Origin: Candidatus Latescibacterota bacterium
GTDB taxonomy: Bacteria; Latescibacterota; UBA2968; UBA8231
DNA: 64,000 bases
Reading direction: 5' to 3'
NCBI GenBank assembly: GCA_965217585.1
Contig: OZ244561.1
Location: 2,656,001 to 2,720,000, forward strand
Shown: piece after piece, positions 37,643-47,237 of the stretch
Layout: every line of letters begins with the position of its first letter
Position numbering within the stretch: position 1 is the stretch's first letter
Program-made: the position numbers and the translations under genes
Notes under the pieces: model-generated
What the model was told of the DNA's origin: nothing
Databases searched by the model: none
The model's input: the letters and a program-made list of their open reading frames with translations, nothing else

Positions 37643-40600
37643 TCACTTGACCAACGACATCTTGCGCTCCTGCACAACATCGCCCGTTTGCAAGCGCACA
37701 AGGTACACCCCGCTGGCGAGCTCGCCAGCGTCCCAGCGCACCCGGTAAGCCCCTGGTTTCCGCCACGCCTCTAGCAGCGTTTTCACCCGCTGTCCAGTCG
37801 GGCCGAAAACCTCTAGCCGCACCTTGCCGGCCTGCCCCACGCTGAAATCGATATGCACTCGGCTGTTGAATGGGTTGGGATAAGGCGGCTGTAGATGCGT
37901 TTTTTGCGGCGTGCTCTCCACGGCCTGTACCGCGGTGGCAGCGGCCTCCCCCATGTACGCCTTTACATAGCCGTCCGTGGTCGTCACCACAATATCCAGA
38001 AATCCGTCTTTATCCACATCGGCCAGGGCGATATCGCTGCTGCGACCCTCCACTTCGAGGGTCCAGGCCCGGCTCAGGGTGCCTTCCTCCTGTTCCACGC
38101 AGATCAACTTGGTGCCGCTACCAAACAGGAACTCGTCGCGCCCATCGCCGTCCACATCGCCGGAGACCACATCCGTATGGGCCCGCACCCCATCGTCGAA
38201 CTCCAGCAAAACCGCGCCGTCCGCCGCCTGGAACAGGCGCACCCCGTCCGCAGTCGAAGCCAGCAACTCCACGCTCCCGTCGCCATTGCTGTCGCCCACT
38301 CCCATCAGCGATTGCACCTCGGTATTGTTGCGGTACGGGGTTTGCCAAATGCGCTGGCCGTCGCCGTCCAGCACGGCGTTCAAATAGCTGCAGTGTCCCC
38401 AGAGGAGTTCCGGCCGGCTGTCGCCGAACAAATCGACCACCGCTGGGAACGCATAGCCGATAAAGGAATCGCTCTCAAACAGCGGATTGAGTCCGTTGGT
38501 ATAGCCATAGGCCTGACGCACCACTTGCGCCGTGCCTGTGACCCCGTCGATAATGTGCAACCGGTCGGGCCACATCACCACAATCTCCTCCAGACCGTCG
38601 CCGTCCACATCCCCCGCAGCGCTGGGATGCCCGCCCAGACTGCGGCCGCTGCCGTCCTCGGGCAAGGTGAAACCATTGGATTCCCAGACGATTTCGCCGC
38701 TGCGTCCGTCGAGCAAAAAGCCCACTTCGCTGCCCAACTTGCCGCGCCGCAGACTGGCGAATACATCCATGTACTCGTTGCTGCGGAAATACCCGACGCT
38801 CCAGTAGGACAGGCCGCTGAAGTTCCAGATAGGCATACTGCCGTCAAAGCCGACGAACTCGGTCTGCCAGCGGATGGAGCCATCGGCCGCGAGCGCCACC
38901 AAGCTGGCGTTGCCACTGGCCGCCTCGCGCGCCGCCAGCACTTCCCGGCGGCCATCGCCGTCCACGTCGGCAGCGACCACTCCCCAGTGATAAGGCGCGT
39001 TATTGGTCTGGCCATAGCCTGGCACCTGCCACAGTGGGCGGGGATCGCCCCCACCTTCTCCCGGAGCTTGCAGACACAGCACTTCCCGAGTCGCTGTCTG
39101 CACGACCACTTCCACCCGGCCATCGCCCTCCAAATCGGCCACTACCGGCGTGCCGGCCGGGGTAAATGCCTGACGACTCCACTGGTGCAGCACCCCTGAA
39201 GCCCCCTCCAGCACCAGCGCCTGACTAGGGAGCCCACTCCCCTTCAGATACAGCAAAGCCGCCGCCCCATCGTCCGCCACCGCGGCGGTCTCCAGAGCCA
39301 TTCCGGCCGGACCGCGCACCGACCACTGCGGTCCGATTCGTCCCGCGTCGTCGCTGCCCAAGGCGACCAGCACTTCGCTTGCTCCGTCCGGCGCGAGCGC
39401 AAAGAAATCCCGTCGTCCATCGCCATCCACATCGCCGGTCGAAACCGTGCGCAAACCGTCGGCGGCCCCAGTGCTCACCGTCAAGGGCAATTGATTCAGC
39501 AATACCGTACTGAAGCGCCCCCGCTCGTGGCTCCAACGCACCGTTGCCGCCCCCATCTCTATGGACCAGACCTCCAGCGGCGCATAGGTCGGCAGAGCCT
39601 CGCCCGTCGTGGCCGAGACGAACAGCTCCAAGCGCCCGTCGCCATCCACATCGGCCATACCGTGTAAATGGTGCTGTGGGAAATCAAAGCTGGTCTCGCC
39701 GCTGAGCGCATCGACGCCGACGATGTGCCACTGGCCGTCGCCTTGGTCGTTGTAGATGCTGTACACCAGCTCGAAGCGGCCATCGCCGTCCACATCGACT
39801 AGGGCCTGCGGTTTGGGCCGCACCACCTTGGTTGACTGCGATGGATCGGGCTGAATGTCGCGCAGCCAGCGCAGCGTCAGTTTCGTCCCGTCGTTGTCAA
39901 TGACCTCGGCGTGCATGCTGAAATCGGCCACCACGCCGAATTCGGGGTACGGATCATCGTCGATATTGGCAGCCCCGAACCAGCCGTAGTTGCGGTACCC
40001 GTGGTACTGCAACTGCATCTTGGTCGCCCCGGTCGCCCCGTCGAAGACGAGGATGCGGTAGTGGGTGGCCACGACTATATCGAGCTGGCCATCTACATCG
40101 ACGTCAACCACGAGGACATTGGGGTCCCAGGTATTGGTAAAGAACTCGGTCTCCCACACCACCCGGGGTTCGCCGCTGTCGTACGCGAGCAGTTGGCCCT
40201 GCTTGGGCTCGGCCCCGCCGTCACTGAACGAATTTCCCATCTCAAAGCGCTGTAAGCCCGCCTCCCCGGGCAGGATCTGGGCCACTTTGAAGACATTGTC
40301 CAGCGGCATAGCCACCTCGACGCCGCCGAGGTCAAAAATCTGTGGCCCAATCCCCCAATCTCGCCCGTGGGTGCCGATGTACCCGGGATCTACTGGGGCG
40401 GCAAAGGGCAAGGACACCGAGGCGTCGCCCTCGTGCTGGGCCACTTCCACATAGCCCTCCCAAGCGGCGATGTCGTAGCGCCAGCGCTCTTGCGGTGGGT
40501 CGTGGCGCATTTGACCGACCCCTGAGGCCCGGCCGCTCATGTGGCGGTCGCCGCGCAATTGCAGCCACTCGCTCGTTTGCCCGTGCGCCCCTCCCGCCAG

Positions 40601-40669
40601 CATCGTCAGCAGCAAAACTCCCGCCACCGCATTTGCTCTACTGTCTTTGGAAAGCCTATCATTGGGCAT
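37643..40669 (-). CDS. Secreted FG-GAP/VCBS repeat protein with FlgD/T9SS-type C-terminal domain
   Basis: Many DVDGDG..E repeats; PYPNPFN...SGVYLVRL...KMSLVK tail; start MPNDRL after GAGGA. Confidence 0.8.
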   Translation of the reverse strand: MPNDRLSKDSRANAVAGVLLLTMLAGGAHGQTSEWLQLRGDRHMSGRASGVGQMRHDPPQERWRYDIAAWEGYVEVAQHEGDASVSLPFAAPVDPGYIGTHGRDWGIGPQIFDLGGVEVAMPLDNVFKVAQILPGEAGLQRFEMGNSFSDGGAEPKQGQLLAYDSGEPRVVWETEFFTNTWDPNVLVVDVDVDGQLDIVVATHYRILVFDGATGATKMQLQYHGYRNYGWFGAANIDDDPYPEFGVVADFSMHAEVIDNDGTKLTLRWLRDIQPDPSQSTKVVRPKPQALVDVDGDGRFELVYSIYNDQGDGQWHIVGVDALSGETSFDFPQHHLHGMADVDGDGRLELFVSATTGEALPTYAPLEVWSIEMGAATVRWSHERGRFSTVLLNQLPLTVSTGAADGLRTVSTGDVDGDGRRDFFALAPDGASEVLVALGSDDAGRIGPQWSVRGPAGMALETAAVADDGAAALLYLKGSGLPSQALVLEGASGVLHQWSRQAFTPAGTPVVADLEGDGRVEVVVQTATREVLCLQAPGEGGGDPRPLWQVPGYGQTNNAPYHWGVVAADVDGDGRREVLAAREAASGNASLVALAADGSIRWQTEFVGFDGSMPIWNFSGLSYWSVGYFRSNEYMDVFASLRRGKLGSEVGFLLDGRSGEIVWESNGFTLPEDGSGRSLGGHPSAAGDVDGDGLEEIVVMWPDRLHIIDGVTGTAQVVRQAYGYTNGLNPLFESDSFIGYAFPAVVDLFGDSRPELLWGHCSYLNAVLDGDGQRIWQTPYRNNTEVQSLMGVGDSNGDGSVELLASTADGVRLFQAADGAVLLEFDDGVRAHTDVVSGDVDGDGRDEFLFGSGTKLICVEQEEGTLSRAWTLEVEGRSSDIALADVDKDGFLDIVVTTTDGYVKAYMGEAAATAVQAVESTPQKTHLQPPYPNPFNSRVHIDFSVGQAGKVRLEVFGPTGQRVKTLLEAWRKPGAYRVRWDAGELASGVYLVRLQTGDVVQERKMSLVK

Positions 40670-40831
40670 CGCTTTTTCCTCGGTATCGCCATAAAACTGC
40701 AATTATGGAGTCCAGAAACCATACAAGTCAATCTGCAACGGTTTCGCCGCGATGGCTACTTTAAATCGCGATATTCCCGCCAATTTTGGCGTCGATTAAT
40801 TTATTGCTAACTGAGGAGCCTAGAAAAGCAG

Positions 40832-41578
40832 ATGGATCCGCAACCACTCAAGGGAAAAAACGCCATTGTCACCGGTGCCGCCCGTGGCATAGGCCGCGCC
40901 ATTGCCCAGCGCCTTGCCGCCGAGGGCGGCCGGGTGGCCATTCTCGATATCGCCGCCGCCGGTGCGCAACGGATGGCTGCTGAAATAGGCGGTTCGACCA
41001 TCGGCCTTGCCGTCGATGTGAGCCAAGCCGCTTCGGTTGACCGGGCCTTTGCCCAAGTTGCCGATCGGTTGGGTGGCCTCGACATCTTGGTAAACAACGC
41101 CGGCATTGTCGGCACGGACACGCCGGTCAAAGATTTGGCCGAAGACGACTGGGATCGCGTCCTCGACATCAATCTCAAGGGGACCTTTCTGTGCTCGCGG
41201 GCGGCCTTGCGCTACATGCTGCCGCAACAGAGTGGGGTCATCTGCTCGCTGGCCTCTATCTCCGGCAAAGAGGGCAACGCCAATATGGCGCCCTACTCCG
41301 TATCCAAGGCTGGCATCATCTGCTTTACCAAGACGCTGGCCAAAGAGGTTTTGGACTGCGGCATCCGCGTCAATTGCGTGGCTCCGGCCCTGATTGACAC
41401 GCCGATATTGCAGGGCATGGACCAGGCCCGCGTCGATTTCTTGACCGCCAAAATTCCCCTCGGCCGCTTGGGCCGCCCCGAAGAAGTGGCGGCGACCATT
41501 TTATTTTTAGTATCGGACGAGGCGACCTTTACCACGGGCCAGTGCTTTGACGTGAGCGGCGGTCGAGCGACCTATTGA
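40832..41578 (+). CDS. SDR family oxidoreductase
   Basis: TGAARGIG, NNAG, YSVSK and RVNCVAP. Confidence 0.92.
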   Translation: MDPQPLKGKNAIVTGAARGIGRAIAQRLAAEGGRVAILDIAAAGAQRMAAEIGGSTIGLAVDVSQAASVDRAFAQVADRLGGLDILVNNAGIVGTDTPVKDLAEDDWDRVLDINLKGTFLCSRAALRYMLPQQSGVICSLASISGKEGNANMAPYSVSKAGIICFTKTLAKEVLDCGIRVNCVAPALIDTPILQGMDQARVDFLTAKIPLGRLGRPEEVAATILFLVSDEATFTTGQCFDVSGGRATY

Positions 41579-42370
41579 CTACTCGTCGCCTTCCTCGACA
41601 AAGCGCACGTACCCAAAGCGCTGGGGCACGTGGTAGGACTGCAAATCGAGCGGTGCCCACCCCGACAGCTCCGGCTGCTCCTCGTCGCGGGGCCGTTCGT
41701 AGCGGTTGATATTGATGCGCCAAACATCGCCCGCCCGCGGCGGGACGGGGGTTCCTCCGGTGATTTTGCCAAAGCCCTGCCACGGCATGGCAAACTCGAA
41801 AACCGAGCCCTGGTCGATATCCGTGCTGTCGTTCACTGTGCCGTGGTTTTCAACCGCATGCCGCATGCCCGCCTGAGTCCAGGCGTACAGCTCGGTCCAG
41901 ACCACTGGCGAGCCGTCGGCGTACTTAAAGTCGTTTTTGGGGATCCAGATATCGTTTATCGTATCGAGACAATTTATGTGGATCTCGGCGTAGTCTTTCC
42001 CATCGGAGTCGGGATCGATGAACAGCTCAATGGTTTCCTCTTGACACAGACACTTCTCATCGCCCTCTTCCATAGTGCTCCAAATATCGGGATCTCCGAC
42101 CGCCACCAAAAAATAAAGATGGTCCTGGTCCCACAGCATTTTCGCCACCGTCCGATGGCGCGGTTGGATGTCCTCGTGCTGGAAGCGGGTAAAGGTGCCC
42201 ACTTCCGGGGCCAGTTGCCAAGCCAATTCATCGCCCTTTCCATCGACGACAATAGTGCCGCTGTTGAACATGCAGTCGTAGCGACGCACCCAGTCGGGAT
42301 TTTCCTGGGCCCAGGCAACTGCCGCGACCAGCGCGATCACACTCCAACCGGTTATAGCCTTGCTGTACAT
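41579..42370 (-). CDS. Secreted carbohydrate-binding family 9-like protein
   Basis: VDGK.DE..W, KMLWD...LYF, ELFIDP and GDVWRININR...H.P.RFG. Confidence 0.75.
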   Translation of the reverse strand: MYSKAITGWSVIALVAAVAWAQENPDWVRRYDCMFNSGTIVVDGKGDELAWQLAPEVGTFTRFQHEDIQPRHRTVAKMLWDQDHLYFLVAVGDPDIWSTMEEGDEKCLCQEETIELFIDPDSDGKDYAEIHINCLDTINDIWIPKNDFKYADGSPVVWTELYAWTQAGMRHAVENHGTVNDSTDIDQGSVFEFAMPWQGFGKITGGTPVPPRAGDVWRININRYERPRDEEQPELSGWAPLDLQSYHVPQRFGYVRFVEEGDE

Positions 42371-42410
42371 GCCAATCCTCCTTCTGTAGAGCCGAGTTAT
42401 CGGTTCTCCT

Positions 42411-44012
42411 CTAATCGGCTAGGTACCGGCGGATGGCGTTTGCCGTGATTTTGGATACCGCCTCGTCCACCAAAATGGAAGCCGGCCAGCAGATGGAGCC
42501 CACCGAAAAGACGGCACCGCCGCTGGCGGTCGTGTGTTCGACGATTTCGGCACCGCCTTCGTCCGGGTTGAGCCCTTTGGCCAACAGCCGCGTATTGGCT
42601 GGCGACTGCGGCGACATTTTATCGGTTTCGTGGCCCGAGGCCCCGCCCGGCACGCGCTGATGCAGGCTTTTTTCGCCGAACACATCGCCGTTTTTCAGGC
42701 CCGTCCCCGCAAAACACCAGTGGGCATCGTCTAACACCCGATACGGTGCGGCGGTCATTATGCCGCTGAAGGAAAAGACCACGCCCAATAAATTGGCCTC
42801 TGATTCCACCCGCCGGTCAAAGCGGCTCTCGTACTCCCGCCCGTCCGCGGCGATCTGGGGCTCGGAATGGCTCCAGTTGGTATTGTGGTACACGATGCGG
42901 TGGTCGTCGAGGAATTCGACCTCGCAGTTGAGTCCGTTGCCGCCCAAGTACAGCAAGCGCCCGCCGCGCTCGAAGACCCAGTTCTTGAGCCGGAAGTACA
43001 TCTCCTTGGACCAGTACTCGGGATGGGTGCTAATCACCAGCACTTTGTACTGGTCGAGAGGCACTTGGTCAAAGTGGAATTGCGTCTCTCCGTACAAGTC
43101 GTAATCAATGCCCTGGCGCTCCATCCAGCCGAACAAACGCCATTCGGCCGCGGCCATGTGGCAGCCCTGGCGGCCGGCAATGGGATCGGTCAGACCCTCG
43201 TTCTCGTCGATGTGGTTGTACGGGTCGGGCCGCTCTAGGGAAAGCGGCGCGTACGTCTCCGCATTGTACGTGCGGTGCTCTTTTTCGGTATAGCGCTTTA
43301 GTTCAAGGCGCGCGTTGATTGTCGGCGTTGCGGGGAAGCAATCGGCGTGGATGTAGTTGCTGCGGCCGCCAAAACTATTGTACGCGTTCCAGTTGATATC
43401 CGCGGCCAGCACTGCCATCGGTGCCGTGGGTTGGGTCGGCGCGACGACCCAAGGGAAGGAAAAGAAGCGTCCCTCCTTGTCGCGGGCGTGCATGTAGTAC
43501 AGGCCCGAGCGCTGGGGAGCCTCGACGAATTGGCCCAGCGCTTTGCTGTGGTACCCGTGCTTATTCCACTGCACGCCAGTCTGGGTGTAATCGCCGTCGG
43601 GCGTGATCTGCATATTGGCCCGCGGCCCGTGCTCGTCAAAAGTGCCGATGCGGCGGATGAACTCCTTTGCGGCACCGTAACGCCACAGTTCCAGTTCGTA
43701 CTCGACCACCCCGTGTACCCGGAATTCGGCCCGTTCTCCGCCGCGCACGCATTTGGGCCACATATAGCCCAGCAGCCCGTCCGACAGTAGGCGAAACTGG
43801 TATGGCTGGTCTTGCCGCGCCTCCATGCGCACGATCTTTGAACCGTGGCCCGGTCCGCCTAGGACGACCTCGTACTCCCCAGGTTCGATATCCGCGTACA
43901 CTGCGCCCGAAATGGTCGAGCGCGCCGTTGCAACCCGGCCGGCGCGGCGAAACTCAAATAGCATATCGGCCAAGGCGACATAGCGTTCATTGCTGACATA
44001 TCCGACGAGCAT
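42411..44012 (-). CDS. N,N-dimethylformamidase large-subunit family protein
   Basis: SGLYY, WNAYNSFGG, HPEYWS, YLGGNG, GASGHETDK and VFSVGSI.W motifs. Confidence 0.75.
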   Translation of the reverse strand: MLVGYVSNERYVALADMLFEFRRAGRVATARSTISGAVYADIEPGEYEVVLGGPGHGSKIVRMEARQDQPYQFRLLSDGLLGYMWPKCVRGGERAEFRVHGVVEYELELWRYGAAKEFIRRIGTFDEHGPRANMQITPDGDYTQTGVQWNKHGYHSKALGQFVEAPQRSGLYYMHARDKEGRFFSFPWVVAPTQPTAPMAVLAADINWNAYNSFGGRSNYIHADCFPATPTINARLELKRYTEKEHRTYNAETYAPLSLERPDPYNHIDENEGLTDPIAGRQGCHMAAAEWRLFGWMERQGIDYDLYGETQFHFDQVPLDQYKVLVISTHPEYWSKEMYFRLKNWVFERGGRLLYLGGNGLNCEVEFLDDHRIVYHNTNWSHSEPQIAADGREYESRFDRRVESEANLLGVVFSFSGIMTAAPYRVLDDAHWCFAGTGLKNGDVFGEKSLHQRVPGGASGHETDKMSPQSPANTRLLAKGLNPDEGGAEIVEHTTASGGAVFSVGSICWPASILVDEAVSKITANAIRRYLAD

Positions 44013-44052
44013 GTCCGTCCTCCCAATTGAGTGTGAAGTGTGGTGCCGCTCC

Positions 44053-44211
44053 TCAACTCGCCCCTTCGTCGTGCCACGACATGGCTTCGCCGCGCACGAT
44101 GCGCGAGCGGATCTCGTGGCGTCCGGGCCATTCGACCGGCAAGTCGCCGTTTTCGACCATGTAGTTCAAGGGGTTCACCCGCGTCTTCAAGGGCACGGGC
44201 CACTGTTTGCC
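44053..44211 (-). pseudogene. Possible 3' gene remnant or small ORF
   Basis: 53 codons in frame after the DUF481 stop: GKQWPVPLKTRVNPLNYMVENGDLPVEWPGRHEIRSRIVRGEAMSWHDEGAS*, with host-like codon use. Confidence 0.3.
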
Positions 44212-44976
44212 TCAATCCCAATCTAGTGCCAGACCCGTTGATAGGCGAAAATCGCTTCCATCCACTCCATTGAGCGGATCGCTATCGCGCCGGAAGGTCA
44301 CGGCCGTGGTCGAGGATAAGGCTTGGGTGATCGACACTTTCAAGGCCGCGTCCCACAAAACGCGGTAGTCGTCAAATTGCCGCACCGCGGGCTGCACGTA
44401 GGCCGTTCCCGCTAGCTGGGCCGTTTCACCGAGCTTGATATCAGCCGACAAGTAATTGCTCCAGCGGACAATCGAGGTCCGAGCCGCATGGTCGTCCGCC
44501 GCTGTGAGCTCATTTTGTTCGTGCTCGAACATAAGCGACGAGCCTAGCCAAAAAGACGACTCGCCCGGGGCGATGAGAGCCCAACGGATACCGCCGCCGC
44601 CAATGCCGCGAAACTCCAAGCGCCGGGATTGATCGTAATTAACTTGTCCGAAGGCTTCTCCGTGCAGCCGCGAGCCCACGGCTCGGACATAGCGCAGATG
44701 CGCCAGCGCTTCATTGGAAAAGCGCTCCTTACCCTCCCAGCCGGCATCGCCTGAGCCGATAAAAATAAACGTGTCCTCGGCGCGGCCGTAACTAAAAGAA
44801 AGCTCGGGACCGCATTCGAATAATTCGACATTGCCGGCCCGCAACGTCAGGTCAATCGCCACGGAACCGAAAAAGCCCGCTTGATCGTCCCGGCGCAGGC
44901 TTTCGATATCGACTTGCGCCCGCAGGGGACTCGCCTGCCAGACTAGGGCCGCTAGTAAGAGGCAATAAAGCTTCAT
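44212..44976 (-). CDS. DUF481-like outer-membrane beta-barrel protein
   Basis: Signal peptide, Q.DIESLR start, alternating beta strands, YVQP and aromatic C-terminus. Confidence 0.7.
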   Translation of the reverse strand: MKLYCLLLAALVWQASPLRAQVDIESLRRDDQAGFFGSVAIDLTLRAGNVELFECGPELSFSYGRAEDTFIFIGSGDAGWEGKERFSNEALAHLRYVRAVGSRLHGEAFGQVNYDQSRRLEFRGIGGGGIRWALIAPGESSFWLGSSLMFEHEQNELTAADDHAARTSIVRWSNYLSADIKLGETAQLAGTAYVQPAVRQFDDYRVLWDAALKVSITQALSSTTAVTFRRDSDPLNGVDGSDFRLSTGLALDWD

Positions 44977-45109
44977 TGTCTTGGGGTGTTAAAGCCCTTG
45001 GCGTACCGCTAAAAGTGCCAGCTTGATAAGACGCGCTGGGGCGGTTGCGACCGGTGTGGCGCTAGAGCATGTAATTCGATCCCGTGATTCCATGCCATCC
45101 GGCGGATCC

Positions 45110-46285
45110 TCATGACAGCCCCCGCTCGGGATCGACCTCTGCCGCGTAGTCGATGTCCGCAAAGCCAAAGCCGAAAAGCCCCAGAAATTCCGCGCGATAG
45201 CTCTCGATATCCGACAGCGCTTCGAGGTTGTCGGTGTTGACTTGCTCCCACAGCGCAGCGACTTCCCGCTGCACATCCGTGCGCATTTCTCGGTCGTCGA
45301 TGCGGATGCGCCCCTCGGCGTCGGTGGGGGCATCTGCATACAGGCCGTCGGCGAAGAGTCGGTGCATTTGCTCGATGCAGCTTTCTTGGCAGCCCTTTTC
45401 CTTCATCACCTTGTACAGCAGCGAGATATAGAGCGGCACGACGGGGAGGGCAGCGCTCGATTGGGTCACCATGGCCTTGTTGACGGAGATGTGGGCACTG
45501 CCGCTGCTGGCTTGCAGAAATTCGTCGAGGGCCTTGGCCGTCTTTTCCAGATGATTCTTGGCTTGGCCGATGGTCCCGTCGCGATAGACCGGGTGGGTGA
45601 TTTCAGGGCCGATATAGGTGTAGGCGACCGTGCGAACGCCGTCGGCGAGTACACCCGCTTCGTCGAGGGCTTCAATCCACATCTGCCAGTCTTCCCCGCC
45701 CATGACCGCGATGGTGTGGGCGATCTCTTCTTCGTTCGCCGGGTCGATGGCGATGTCGGAAACTTCGCCGGTTTGGACGTGGACGGTCTTGTTGGTATAG
45801 GTGCTGCCGATGGGTTTGAGGACGGAGCTAAAATTTTCGCCAGTGCGCGGATGAGTCCGCCGCGGCGAAGCCAAGCTGTAAACGACCAAATCGACTTCTT
45901 GCAGATCCTCGCGGATGGCGGCGATCGTCTCGGCTTTGATTTCGTCGGAGAAGGCATCGCCGTTGATGCTGCGGGCGTAGTAGCCGGCGTTGCGGGCGGA
46001 TTGATGAAAGGCCGCGCTATTGTACCACCCGGCCGTTGCCGTGCGGTTGCCAGCCGCTGGCCGCTCGAAGAAGACCCCGAGCGTGGCCGCGCCCGCGCCA
46101 AAGCAGGTGACGATGCGCGACGCCAGCCCGTAGCCAGTCGAAGCGCCGACGACGAGGACTTTCTTAGGGCCGTCGAAGGGGGGTTGGCGTTTGACCCAGT
46201 CGATCTGGTCTTGGACGGCACTGGCGCAGCCGTCGGGATGGGCGGTAGTGCATATAAAGCCGCGAACTTTGGGTTGGATGATCAT
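45110..46285 (-). CDS. fabV: Enoyl-ACP reductase FabV (trans-2-enoyl-CoA reductase family)
   Basis: MIIQPKVRGFICTTAHP, GASTGYGLASRI, YSLASPRR, VMGGEDW, Y..GTIG.AK and RIRIDD. Confidence 0.95.
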   Translation of the reverse strand: MIIQPKVRGFICTTAHPDGCASAVQDQIDWVKRQPPFDGPKKVLVVGASTGYGLASRIVTCFGAGAATLGVFFERPAAGNRTATAGWYNSAAFHQSARNAGYYARSINGDAFSDEIKAETIAAIREDLQEVDLVVYSLASPRRTHPRTGENFSSVLKPIGSTYTNKTVHVQTGEVSDIAIDPANEEEIAHTIAVMGGEDWQMWIEALDEAGVLADGVRTVAYTYIGPEITHPVYRDGTIGQAKNHLEKTAKALDEFLQASSGSAHISVNKAMVTQSSAALPVVPLYISLLYKVMKEKGCQESCIEQMHRLFADGLYADAPTDAEGRIRIDDREMRTDVQREVAALWEQVNTDNLEALSDIESYRAEFLGLFGFGFADIDYAAEVDPERGLS

Positions 46286-46451
46286 AGAATTTCCTCAAGT
46301 TAGGATTAAGGCAAACTATTGAATAATGGCCCGCGCTGCGGTCGGGCGCAAATGATCGGCTTGGCTGCCTTCGTTCGGCGGAATAGTTATACTTTCAGCC
46401 TAACGAGGGCAACTACCGCTGCCAAACTCAGCCATTGCAAAGAAGGCGAAC

Positions 46452-47237
46452 ATGAAGATAGGCCAGCTCGGTCTTTTGCTCGTGTCGCAGGTGCTTTGCG
46501 CGGCCCCAAGTGCGGCGCAAGATACAGTGCCTGCGGCGCAGGCCTTATTGGAACAGTTCGATGATATGTACCGCTCTGCGGGCACTGCGGCGCGGATCGA
46601 GATTAAGATCGAGCGCCCGAAAAAGGTGCGGACGATGCGGATGCGCTCTTGGAGCCAAGGCGAGGACAAGGCACTGGTAGTCATTGACGCGCCCGCCCGC
46701 GACGCGGGCACGGCCACGCTCCGGGTCGGCAGTAATCTGTGGAACTATCTGCCCAAAATCTCGCGCACGATCCGCGTGCCCCCCGCGCTGATGATGGGCG
46801 CGTGGATGGGCAGCGACTTGACCAACGACGACTTGGTGCGCGAGTCGTCTTACGCCCACGACTACGAGATTACAGGGGTCGGCCCGAGCGAGGAGCCGCC
46901 CGGCTGGCAGGTAAGTACCGAGGCCAAACCTGGGGTGCCGGGTTTGTGGGAGCGGGTGGAGGTCGTCTTTGCGTCGCCAATGCTGGCGACGGACAGCACG
47001 CGCGCAGAACAGTTGCCCATACTCGTGCGCTACTACGACCGCAAGGGGCGGCTCTCGCGCACGATGCAACTTGAAGAGATCAAAAAGATGGGGCCCCGGC
47101 AGATACCCACCCGGATTGTGATCTCGCCCGAGCGCGAGGAGGGCCGACGCACGGTATTGACCTATTTACACGTGGAATTCGATGTCGAGCTGGACGAGAG
47201 CCTCTTTAGTCTGGCGGAGTTGGAGCGCAGGCGCTAG
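46452..47237 (+). CDS. LolA-like outer-membrane lipoprotein-sorting protein
   Basis: Signal peptide; P..DAGTA.L....LWNYLP, WMGSDLTNDDL and YYDRKG.L. Confidence 0.8.
   Translation: MKIGQLGLLLVSQVLCAAPSAAQDTVPAAQALLEQFDDMYRSAGTAARIEIKIERPKKVRTMRMRSWSQGEDKALVVIDAPARDAGTATLRVGSNLWNYLPKISRTIRVPPALMMGAWMGSDLTNDDLVRESSYAHDYEITGVGPSEEPPGWQVSTEAKPGVPGLWERVEVVFASPMLATDSTRAEQLPILVRYYDRKGRLSRTMQLEEIKKMGPRQIPTRIVISPEREEGRRTVLTYLHVEFDVELDESLFSLAELERRR

Noticed and set aside
37895-39199. 434-aa plus-strand ORF
   Set aside because: Antisense shadow of the FG-GAP gene; long antisense frames are expected at high GC and it has no motifs.
44053-44976. TGA read-through or selenocysteine extension of DUF481
   Set aside because: The barrel ends in a normal aromatic C-terminal strand and no SECIS-like element was recognised.
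45009-45113. Short ORF MRIRRMAWNHG... coupled to the fabV stop
   Set aside because: Only 34 codons with no recognisable features; cannot be supported.
45242-46303. 353-aa plus-strand ORF
   Set aside because: Antisense shadow of fabV.
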